Assembly (NCBI RefSeq): GCF_000008305.1
Contig: NC_006055.1
Location: forward strand, 720,001 to 752,000
Length of the DNA stretch: 32,000 bases
Direction of reading: 5' to 3'
From: Mesoplasma florum L1
Lineage (GTDB): Bacteria > Bacillota_I > Bacilli_A > Mycoplasmatales > Mycoplasmataceae
Shown here: in pieces, positions 22,537 through 31,528 of the stretch
Numbering within the stretch: the stretch's first letter is position 1
Layout of the letters: each line of letters starts with the position of its first letter
Translations under genes and position numbers: made by a program
The notes under the pieces: generated by a model
Database searches by the model: none
The model's input: only the letters and a program-made list of their open reading frames with translations
Told to the model about the DNA's origin: nothing

Positions 22537-24414
22537 TTATATTATTGCTGATATTGAATGTTCTTCAAAATAAAGAACTGCTTCATTTTCTCTTTCAAAT
22601 GTTTTATCTTCAGAATAAAAATATATTTTTGTTTTATTTTTTGTTATTCCAAAGTACATATTTTTATCATGATATTTATTTGTTCTTATAATTCTAACAT
22701 TTATCGGTACAGAATTATTTTCAATGAACTCAGTTGATATCTCAAGAGGATTAATAAATATAAAACCACTTTCATTAAATTTTTTTGTGTTTACATTTCA
22801 TAATCTATTTTCTACATCAATTAAATTGTCAGATTCTTTTGTGTAAGAAAAAACATTTGATTCACCTAATTCATTTTTACAAATATCTATTAAATTTTTT
22901 TCAAAAAATTCTTTATTTGTTGTTTTAACTAGTTCATTATTTCTTGATCAATATATTTTTTTGTTTTTAGATATATCACTTATTGTGAAAGTTCTTGAAT
23001 GCAGAATAATAAATGATATCTCTGGATAAAATTCATTAATCTTACTTATTGTATCAAAAAGCATTTCATAATCTTTATTTGTTAATAAATGTAAGAAATC
23101 AGATAATATAATATTTTTCTTACCTAGATTAATCGCTTTCAATATTTTTACATATATCATGTTTAATGATGTAAGTTTAAAACTTCCTTTTAAGAATCAT
23201 TCAAAATTTATATCTAAGTTTTTAAAGTTATTTTCCATTCATAATTCTGCTTGTTTAAAAACAGGAACTATTTGTTTTTTGTAATGTTTTCTTAGAGATA
23301 AAAATTCATTCTTATTTCCGTACTTTACTTCCCCAGTTAATATTAATTTGTGGTAATTATGAATATTTGAAATAATAAATTTTGTTAACAATGAAGATTC
23401 AGTTTTAATAAAATTGAATAAGAATTTTTTTTCTGTCAAATTTTGATCTGACACTTTATCTTTAATAACTTTTTTTCATTTATTAAGTTCTGATGATATT
23501 TCTTGCTGAACTTCTTTTGCAACAGAATAAGTTTTGTAAAACTTATCTAATTCAAATTTAAATTGAGTACTTATTGTTCTTTTTCTAAAAAATAATAAAA
23601 TGCTTTCCAGTCTTAATTTATTTAATCTTATGTTTAAAAACTTTAATTGTTTTTCTACAATAAATTTTGTTTGTTTGTATTCAAAAAGATTTTTTCTTTT
23701 TCTCAATAATTTATTATTTGATTTTTTTGTATTAAATTCACATGTACAACAATCACGCAATTCATTTAAAGATTCTACTCTATCGTAAAGAACTTGAACA
23801 AATTTAAATTCCATTCTTTTAAGTAGTTTTTCTTTTTCAATATCAAATAAAGCTTTTGATAAAACTTTTACTTGTGGTGAAAATTCATTAAACATTTTTT
23901 GAGACATACCCTCATTTAATTTTGATAAAACATCATCTAAGTTATTTATTATTTTTTCATGTGATTCGTTAGAAAACTTAATAAATTTATTTATAGCTTC
24001 ATCAATATCTCTTCTTAGCTTTAAATCTGATAAATCATTTTTAGAATCTAGCAAAGAAAGATACTCGTATTTTTTTTCTGCATATTTAATTCTTGCATTT
24101 CTTAAAAATTGTAAATCAGACAATAACGAAAGAGCCAAAATTCATTTTGTAGGTACTAAACGTTCAAACCATGTATCAGTCTTTATGTATTCTGTGTGCA
24201 ATTTAATAAAATTCTTATTAATAACATCTTCGTTGTCTACTTGGTATCTACCAGTTTTATTTTTTTGTCTTCCAAGTATGATTTTTTTAAATGATTTTTG
24301 TTTTTCATCTTCTAAATAAACATTAGTTATTTGACCTGGCTTAGACTCAAAATCAACTTTTTTAAGTGTTTCTTTGTTATTTGAAGGGCTAAAATTTTTT
24401 ATTTTATATGACAT
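22537..24414 (-). CDS. Hypothetical 625-aa protein: an ABC/SMC-type ATPase-like scaffold with degenerate catalytic motifs and a ~300-aa helical insertion
   Basis: A strong RBS (AAAGGAGGG) precedes the ATG at 24414. Four track ORFs (24142-24414, 23476-24138, 23239-23454 and 22948-23160) plus the 22537-22947 segment are all one frame, joined only by TGA. This was checked by hand. Motif remnants are described under findings. Confidence 0.65.
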
Positions 24415-24491
24415 ATTTTTTACCCTCCTTTAAAAGACATAACATTTATTATATTTTAAATCATTTAGGACTTTAATTAAAGATATTAACT

Positions 24492-24516
24492 AAATAAAAG
24501 ACCACTATTGTGGTCT
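24492..24516 (-). terminator. Intrinsic terminator after rpmE
   Basis: On the minus strand the stem AGACCAC/GTGGTCT, with a 4-nt loop, is followed by TTTTATTT. It lies directly below the TAA at 24520. Confidence 0.8.
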
Positions 24517-24519
24517 AAA

Positions 24520-24798
24520 TTATTTATTTTCTTTGTTTTTTGATTTTTGATCTTCAGAATTTTTTTGAGCAGTTGCGTTAATAGCTTCTTTTCTAGCAAA
24601 TTTTGATTTAAATTGTTCAACACGACCTGTAGTGTTTGCAAAGTTTTGTGCACCTGAAAAGAATGGGTGACAATTTGAACAAACGTCAATTCTCATTTCT
24701 TCTCTTTTTGTAGTTCCACAAATGAATTCATTAGCACATGTTGTACAAATAAATTTTGCTTCCTCGAAGTATTTTGGTTGAATATCTTTTTTTGGCAT
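24520..24798 (-). CDS. rpmE: 50S ribosomal protein L31 (Zn-ribbon type, CxxC...CxxC)
   Basis: The sequence begins MPKKDIQPKYFEEAKFICTTCANEF and continues to DVCSNCHPFFSG. The ATG at 24798 follows AAAGGAG. The track's earlier GTG start lies inside the RBS. Confidence 0.93.
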   Translation of the reverse strand: MPKKDIQPKYFEEAKFICTTCANEFICGTTKREEMRIDVCSNCHPFFSGAQNFANTTGRVEQFKSKFARKEAINATAQKNSEDQKSKNKENK

Positions 24799-24854
24799 AG
24801 ATGTATCTCCTTTCACACTATGTTTTCATTTAGATACTTTTTCAGTACTTAAAA

Positions 24855-24884
24855 ATTATATAACATTTTTATTTAAAAGCACAA
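24855..24884 (-). promoter_or_regulatory. Candidate rpmE promoter
   Basis: On the minus strand TTGTGC (24884..24879) is followed by an 18-nt spacer and TATAAT (24860..24855). Confidence 0.45.
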
Positions 24885-24886
24885 AT

Positions 24887-24911
24887 AAAAAACCGCTTTC
24901 GCGATTTTTTT
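24887..24911 (-). terminator. Compact intrinsic terminator after deoC (copy 1 of a repeated element)
   Basis: On the minus strand it reads AAAAAAA-UCGC-GAAA-GCGG-UUUUUU: a GNRA tetraloop, a short GC stem, A/U extension and a U-tract. The core ccgctttcgcga (24893-24904) recurs identically at 29678-29689. Confidence 0.75.
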
Positions 24912-25548
24912 AGTTTAATACTTCTGATATTGAACTTGTTCCAATTCTTTCTGCTCCTGCTTCAACCAATTCTAAAGCAAAGTTTTTTGTTTTGATACCA
25001 CCAGAAGCTTTAACCTTACATTCATTATTTACAATTTTTTTCATTAATTTTACATGTTCTATAGTTGCTCCCATTTTAGAATACCCTGTTGATGTCTTAA
25101 CAAAATCTAATTTATTTTTAACCGCAATCTGACAGCATTTAATAATTTCTTCTTCTGTCAAAAGGCAAGTTTCAAAAATTACTTTAATAATTATGTCTTT
25201 AAAAGAATTTCTTATTTTTTGAAATTCACTATTTACTTTTTCTCAATCATGATCTTTAATATTCCCAATATTTGCAACAAAATCAATTTCATTTGCACCT
25301 AATTTTAAGCATTCTTTTATTTCATTAATTTTTAATTTAGTTGTTGCATTTCCAAAAGGAAAGGAAACTGTTCCAGATATGCTAATTTTAGTATTCTTAA
25401 TTATTTCTTTAACGACTGCTATCCTTGAAATATGAACGCAAATACATCTAACATTTTTAATTATACATAAATCAACAAACTTATTAATTTCAATTAAAGT
25501 TGCATCAGGTTTTAAAAGAGTTGCATCTATATAATTATTTAATTTCAT
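24910..25548 (-). CDS. deoC: Deoxyribose-phosphate aldolase
   Basis: The N-terminus is [17 protein letters not shown]. The Lys motifs [11 protein letters not shown] and DFVKTSTGY are present, as is KASGGIK. Track ORFs 24910-25161 and 25243-25566 join through TGA. The ATG at 25548 overlaps the upstream gene by 14 nt. The track's TTG at 25566 is an alternative start. Confidence 0.85.
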
Positions 25549-26218
25549 AATTTTTAATTTTTTCAAATTGCCCTTTTAATTTATTATTTTCTACGTTTAC
25601 AAAAGCTCCTACCACAACAATGTCAGCTCCTGCATCTAAGATTTCTTTATATGTGTCTTCTCTTAATCCACCATCAGTCATAATTTTAAATACTTTATTA
25701 TTTTCTTTTCTATATTTATTTATTATATTAATTTTAGAATACGAAGATTCTATAATTTTTTGCCCATTAAATCCAGGAAGTATATTCATACACATTACTG
25801 CATAAAGATCATCACAATAAGTTTTGATATGCTCAAAACTAGTTTCTGGATTTAAAGCAATTATAGGTTTCATATTATAGCTTTTAATTTTATTTATTAT
25901 ATTATTAACAGTTATTGGGTTTTTATCTGTTAATGTTTCATAATGGAATATAAAGTAGTCACATCCCGCCTCAGCAAATGACTCAATATATTTTTCGCTA
26001 TTTGAGCACATCATATGCGCGTCTACTTTTATTTTAGGATATTTGTCTTTGATATCTTTACAAAATTTTTGGCATAAAGCATAATTATTAACAAAATTTC
26101 CGTCCATTATGTCTACATGAATTCATTCCATGCCTGCTTCTATTAATTCATCTATTTTTTTTCCTATTTCTAGAAAATTAAATACATAAATGCTTACGGC
26201 TACTTTTTTATTATTCAT
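25535..26218 (-). CDS. Ribulose-phosphate 3-epimerase family protein (divergent; substrate uncertain)
   Basis: The ATG at 26218 follows AAAGGAGAA. The [27 protein letters not shown] and TDGGL motifs correspond to the Rpe/AlsE metal and catalytic positions. Track ORF 25535-26107 extends upstream through TGA. Confidence 0.75.
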
Positions 26219-26277
26219 TTTTTTCTCCTTTTTATTTTATATAATTAATTAAGATATTCTAAATTGAGGTGTTTTAT

Positions 26278-27093
26278 ATGAGTAAAAATCTTACTTTTGC
26301 TGAAATGTCAGCACTTGATCAAATAAATAAAAACATTAACTTCTTTGTTTCTAATAATTTACAAAATTTATCTAAAAATTATAACGTTGGTGAAGCTACT
26401 CTAGTTAGATTAGTTAAGAAAAGAGGTTTTTCTTCTCTTAAAGAAATGCAAATAAGTTATGCAAAGAAAATTGATATTGAGAATTTATTTGGTAATAGTG
26501 ATAATAATCAAAATACTAAAATTATAAATGATGTAGCAAATTTTGAAGTTTTTTCAATTATACAAACAAGCGAATGTATAAATATTAAAGATATCAATAA
26601 AACTGCAGAGCTACTTATAAATTCAAATAAAAGACTTTTTTTCGGAATTGAGAATAGTCAATTATCTGCAACATTTCTTGCAAACAATTTGCAAAAAATA
26701 GGTTTAAATTGTTCAGTTTATCAATCTGTTCACGGAGCAATCACAGAACTTAACTTTTTAAATAAGGAAGATTCTATAATATTAATCTTTAGTTCTAGTG
26801 GTGAAACTAAAGAGTGCATTGAAGTAGCTAAAATAGCACATGAAATGAATTTAAGGTACATCTGAATTGGATCAGAGTTCGCTTCAAAAAAATCAGAATA
26901 TTTACAAATGGCAAATATTAAAATTTTTCACTCATATCATAAAAATGAAATATTAAGATTTCCTAATATTTCATCTTCTAGTGGCCAACTTTTTATTTCA
27001 AACTTACTTTTTAATATTGTTATAAATAATAAAGATGGAACTTCAGATATTTTAACTAAGTCTAATACAATGGTTAAGGGTTGAAACTCTTAA
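26278..27093 (+). CDS. RpiR-family transcriptional regulator (HTH plus SIS domain); the only plus-strand gene
   Basis: The ATG at 26278 follows TGAGGTG. The HTH reads LSKNYNVGEATLVRLVKKRGFSSLKEM. The SIS motif is LIFSSSGETKECIEVAK. The frame continues through the TGAs at 26863 and 27082 to TAA at 27091-27093. Confidence 0.8.
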
Positions 27094-27104
27094 CCATTTT
27101 TTTT
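27072..27104 (+). terminator. Intrinsic terminator of rpiR, spanning the overlapping ends of the two convergent genes
   Basis: The stem GGTTAAG (27072-27078) pairs with CTTAACC (27089-27095) and is followed by T8 on the plus strand. No U-tract exists on the minus-strand side. Confidence 0.7.
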
Positions 27105-28016
27105 AATAAATTCATGAACTTCTTTAAGTTCAGGTAATGAAGATTGCGCTCCCATTTTTGTTACTGCTAATGAAGCTGCTGCAGTGGCAAATTTAATTGC
27201 TTCTTCAATAGTTTTATCTTGAGCTAAGTATGCAGATATCCCACCCATAAAAGTATCTCCGCAAGCCGTTGCATCAACAGCTTTTACTTTATATGCTTCA
27301 AACTTGTGCAGTTCACCTTTTTCATCAATTCAAATAGAACCATTTTCTCCAAGAGTGACAATAACATTTTTTTTATTGATGTCTCATAATTCATATGCAT
27401 ACTTTTTCAATAACTCATAGTTTTCAGTGTATTCTTTACCTAATAAAATACATATTTCTGATTCATTAGGTGTAATAAAATCACATTTTTCAATAATTTT
27501 ATTTGAAATTACTTTTGCTGGACCTGGGTTTAAAATAATTAATTTATTTTTAGAATGTCCATAATTAATAAAATCTTCTACAAATTCTAAATTTGTTTCT
27601 AGCTGGGTAAGCAAAATATCTGAATGGTCAATAAGCTCTTTATATTCATTAATTTCATCTTTTAAAAATGTAAAGTTAGCACCTGTATCAACAATTAGTA
27701 AATTATCACCTTTATCATCAACAATAATATTAGCTACTTGTGTATTTATATTATTAATTTTTTTAATATATGATGCATCAATTTTATTTTTTACTAAATT
27801 TTCAATTGCATGTAAACCTGCATCATCATTTCCTACGTGTCCTATATATTTAACATCCGCACCTAATTTGGCTGCTGCAACAGCTTGATTTGCGCCTTTT
27901 CCTCCAAAAAATATATTAAAGTTTTTTGAAATAATGCTTTGCCCTTTATTTGGCAATTTATCTACATTAAATACATGGTCAACACCGATAGATCCCATAG
28001 TTAGTATTTTTTTCAT
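27090..28016 (-). CDS. rbsK: Ribokinase-family (PfkB) sugar kinase, ribokinase-like
   Basis: It has the GGKGANQAVAAAKLG, DATACGDTFMGG and TKMGAQSSLP motifs. Track ORF 27384-28016 continues through TGA to TAA at 27090. This was hand translated. Confidence 0.85.
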
Positions 28017-28031
28017 TTTAATTTTTCCTTT

Positions 28032-29541
28032 TCTAATTTGATTTTTCTTCTTTAATTGTTGATTTTTTAGTTGTTTTTTGTTTTACATATAATTCTGGTC
28101 TTTTAATTTTATCTTTTTTAATTCAAAAGTGCCCATCTACTAATAATCCGCCAATTCCAACAAAAACAATTGCCATGATTAATCATTTTGTTCATTCTGC
28201 ATTTAATATTCAACCTAATATATTAAATATTAAGTAATCAGATTCTGCTCATTGTAAAACACCATTAGAATCGAATATTCAACCTAATTGTGATTGCATT
28301 AGAATAAACATTAACGGAACAATTGTTAATATTATTCCATTAACAAAAGCACCTAAAATTGCACCTAAAATACCACCTTTTATGTTTCCAAATGTACCGC
28401 TTACTCCTCCTGTGAAAAAGTGAGCAATTATTCCTGGAATTATTACTGCAGGAATTGCTGCTGGCGCTGCTAAGTTAAGTCCAATTGAAATTAATAATCC
28501 AATAATACCACCTGTAAAACTTGATACGAAACCAATTAAAACAGCTGTTGGTGAATATGATAAAGCAACACTACAATCAACAGCCATTTTTGCTCCAGGG
28601 ATTAATTTTTTACTAATTCCTTCTAAAGCAGGAATTAATTCATTAATCATAGTTGTAATTCCAAAAATTAAAATTTCAACACCAGCTGTGAATATTAACG
28701 CATCAAGAATAATTTTTACAAGTATTGAATCATTCTCACCAATAATTCCTAAAGCAACCATTTGTTCTTTTCCAGCTACACCTCATAAACTTGCATATGT
28801 TACGCCAAATAGCATCAACATCATAACTGCTACTGAAACTGTAGAATTTGAAAATACACTTAATCATTTAGGGAATTTAATTTCTTCAGTTGATTTAACA
28901 TTTCCTTTTTTTAGTTTTCCTACAAGTCCACCAATTCCTCCTGCAATTGCAAATCCCATAACATTAGCATGGCCGATGTAAAGTTTGTCATCACCTGTTA
29001 AGTGATTCATATATTTTTTTGTTAATGCCGGACTTAGAAGCATATACAATGAAACAATAGCTGATCCAACTATTAAGAAATATCAAACATCAGTTGATAA
29101 AGACATTCCTGAAAAGTGGAATATTGTTGAAACTGCTACACAAATAAATAATGTATGGTGACCTGTTAAAAATATATATTTAAATCTTGAAAATTTAGCA
29201 AATATAATATTTAAAACTATAGAAATAAACATCATCAACGCTGCAATTGTTGCTATTTCAGGAATTGCTTCCATAATAGCTCCTGCTAGCGCATCAGAGT
29301 TTGGCATCACACCTTGCAATCCAAATAACTCGTTAAAAGCTGTTGTAAAATCATCAAGTGTAGATACCAATAGACCGATACCACCAGAAAGAATTAAGTA
29401 TCCAACAGCAGCTTTTAATGTTGAAACTAAAACCTCTGTGAATTTTTTTCTTTGTAGTAACGATCCAAATAGTGCAAACAACCCAATTAGGACAGCAGGT
29501 GCACCAAAAAAACCTTTTATAAAAAATATGAATTCATTCAT
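28032..29541 (-). CDS. ulaA: PTS ascorbate-family EIIC permease (UlaA/SgaT-like, about 502 aa)
   Basis: Track ORFs 29083-29541, 28864-29049 and 28279-28761 are one frame joined by TGA. The protein is very hydrophobic and glycine-rich. The reading frame continues past the TGA near 28279 to a TAG near 28032-28035. The 3' coordinate is uncertain by 1 nt, as explained under rejected notes. Confidence 0.78.
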
Positions 29542-29597
29542 AAATTATCATTTCCTTTCACACATTTATTATTATTTTAAAATGGAAATAATACTAC

Positions 29598-29642
29598 ATT
29601 ATTATATATTTTTGGAAATTTACTCCAAAAATATATAATAAT
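29598..29642 (-). promoter_or_regulatory. 19-bp perfect inverted repeat (7-nt spacer) overlapping the promoter of the ulaA-like/rbsK operon; candidate operator
   Basis: The arms are attattatatatttttgga (29598-29616) and tccaaaaatatataataat (29624-29642). On the minus strand TTGGAG (29628..29623) is followed by a 16-nt spacer and TATAAT (29606..29601). Confidence 0.6.
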
Positions 29643-29668
29643 CTGTTTTTTTATGGAGTGAAAAATTT

Positions 29669-29695
29669 AAAAAAAAACCGCTTTCGCGATTTTTT
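29669..29695 (-). terminator. Compact intrinsic terminator after fba (copy 2 of the repeated element)
   Basis: It has the same UCGC-GAAA-GCGG hairpin flanked by A and U runs as copy 1. It lies 17 nt below the fba TAA at 29713. Confidence 0.75.
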
Positions 29696-29712
29696 AATTA
29701 TTTGATTAAATA

Positions 29713-30603
29713 TTAAGCTTTACCTTTACATCCGAATCATTCTGTTAATTCGTTAAATGTTTCTTTTAATGCTTGGTATCCTGGGTTTAATAATTTTCTT
29801 GGATCAAAACCTTTTGTTTTGTCATCTAAGTCTTTTCCAGCTTCAATATATTTTCTTGTTGCATCTCTAAATGCTAATTGTAATTCAGTATTAACGTTGA
29901 TTTTTGAAATCCCCATTGAAATAGCTTTTTCAACTTGGTCTTGAGGAATTCCACTTCCACCATGTAATACCATTGGCATTTTACATGCTGCTTGTAATTC
30001 TTCTAAAGTATCAAATGATAATCCTGTTCATCATTCAGGGTATTTTCCGTGAATGTTTCCGATTCCTGCTGCTAACATTGCAATTCCTGTTTTTGAAATT
30101 TCTGCTGCTTGAGTTGGGTCACCTAATTCACCGTTTCCAACAACTCCATCTTCTTCTCCACCAATTGAACCAATTTCAGCTTCAACTGAAATTTCGTGTT
30201 CATTAGCAAAAATTAATAATTCTTTAGTTTTTGCTAAGTTTTCTTCGTATGGTAAGTGTGATCCATCAAACATAACTGATGAGTAACCAGCTAAAATACA
30301 TTTTTTAGCCATTTCAATTGATTGTCCGTGGTCTAAGTGTAATGCAACTGGCACAGTAATGTTTAATTCTTCTAATAAACCATTAACCATCCCAACAACA
30401 GTAACTGGTCCACCCATATATTTAATAGCACCTTCACTTGTTCCTAAGATAACAGGTGTGTTTGAAGCTTGAGCTGCTTCTAAGATTGCTTTAGTTCATT
30501 CTAAGTTATTAATGTTAAAGTGACCGATTGCGTATTTGTTTTCGTGTGCTGCTTTAACCATAGCTGTAGCATTAACTAATTTTTCATGATATAGTCTTGT
30601 CAT
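29713..30603 (-). CDS. fba: Fructose-bisphosphate aldolase, class II
   Basis: The ATG at 30603 follows AAGAGG. The sequence begins MTRLYHEKLVNATAMVKAAHENKYAIGHFNINNLEW and includes LHLDHG and LHGGSGIP. Track ORFs 29737-29979 and 30031-30417 share a frame. The reading frame continues through the TGA at 29737 to TAA at 29713. Confidence 0.93.
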
Positions 30604-30634
30604 TTATTTATCCTCTTTCTTTTACTTCTTTAAA

Positions 30635-30662
30635 ATTATACAACTTTATAACTTTTAAACAA
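30635..30662 (-). promoter_or_regulatory. Candidate fba promoter
   Basis: On the minus strand TTGTTT (30662..30657) is followed by a 16-nt spacer and TATAAT (30640..30635). Confidence 0.4.
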
Positions 30663-30673
30663 ATAATTTTATA

Positions 30674-31528
30674 TTATCTTTTTGCTGTTCATTTAAATGT
30701 AAAAGTTGTTAATGTAAATAATCCACCCAGAATCGCTAATGAACCTACTATTGGTTGTCAGCTTGATGTAAAACTATTCACAGCTCCTTGGAATGTTACT
30801 TGAGTTCCTTGGTATGTTTCAGTTCATCCAGTTTTGCTAAATGAATACATATATAAGAATACCGGATATTTATGCGGGATAAAGTAAGTAAATATAACCA
30901 TACCTTGACTTTTAAATAGTGACTCAGTTGGTAACATTATTCCAGATAAAAATATACTGAAAAAATACACCATCATTACAATTCCTTGTATTGACCCTGA
31001 TGAATTTGCAATACCCCCAAAAAGAGTTGCTAGTGCAATTGATGTTGCACAAATTAAAATAATTGATAATAATAAATATCCGATTTTAATTGAAGAAAAA
31101 GCTTTTAAGAATGAGTTTGAATCACCTGCGCCTAAAACAATTATACTTAGTATTGCATTAAATGATAAAACAACAATATAAAAGAATATTCCTGCTAATA
31201 AATACACCAGCCATATAGACCCTATAAACATGCTTTTTTTAACACCTGTTATATCAATTCTTTTTAAAAACACTGAGTTCTTTCACTCTACGATTGCAGG
31301 AGTAAGAGATGTTAAAACAGTAAGGCATGGAAGAAGTGCATAATTAAATAATGTTTTTCCTTCTTTTCCAAAAATAAAGAAAAACATAACTGAAAAAAAT
31401 ATTGGAACAACTAACATAAAAATAATACTTCTCGGTTCTTTAATAAATGATTTATAAACTAATAAAGTTAAATTTTTAAATATGCTTGATTGCTTTTTAA
31501 AATTAAATGTGTCAATTTTCTTAAACAT
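30674..31528 (-). CDS. ABC-2-type transporter permease (284 aa, about 6 TM helices)
   Basis: Track ORFs 31283-31528 and 30824-31273 share a frame and continue through TGA to TAA at 30674. The start overlaps the ATPase stop as TAATG. Confidence 0.7.

Noticed and set aside
22537-24414. The 625-aa ABC-like protein with a coiled-coil insertion as a defence-system ATPase (of the Gabija GajA, PARIS AriA, Septu PtuA, OLD or Lamassu type).
   Set aside because: There is no nuclease, TOPRIM, HNH or helicase partner gene. The P-loop glycines and the Walker B acidic residues are missing. The gene heads a housekeeping operon (nrnA-tdk-prfA-prmC-tsaC) rather than sitting in an accessory island.
24803-24837. 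A possible autoregulatory hairpin in the rpmE leader. GTATCT (24837..24832) could pair with AGATAC (24808..24803), overlapping the end of the RBS.
   Set aside because: It is only a 6-bp AT-rich stem with a 23-nt loop. That is too weak to claim without conservation or structure-probing data.
28315-28325. A possible 1-nt frameshift in the ulaA-like gene. When I counted bases by hand across the line break at 28320/28321, I read aacaaattg, which puts the downstream part one base out of register.
   Set aside because: The supplied track ORF 28279-28761 reads straight through this point (...GIILTIVPLMF...), so the discrepancy is most likely my own counting error. I make no frameshift claim. The consequence is a 1-nt uncertainty in the 3' end I give for this gene (28032 versus 28033).
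29542-29597. A mini-ORF (ATG TGT GAA AGG AAA TGA TAA) in the leader of the ulaA-like gene, overlapping its RBS.
   Set aside because: It is six codons long with no RBS of its own. It is easily explained by chance in AT-rich sequence.
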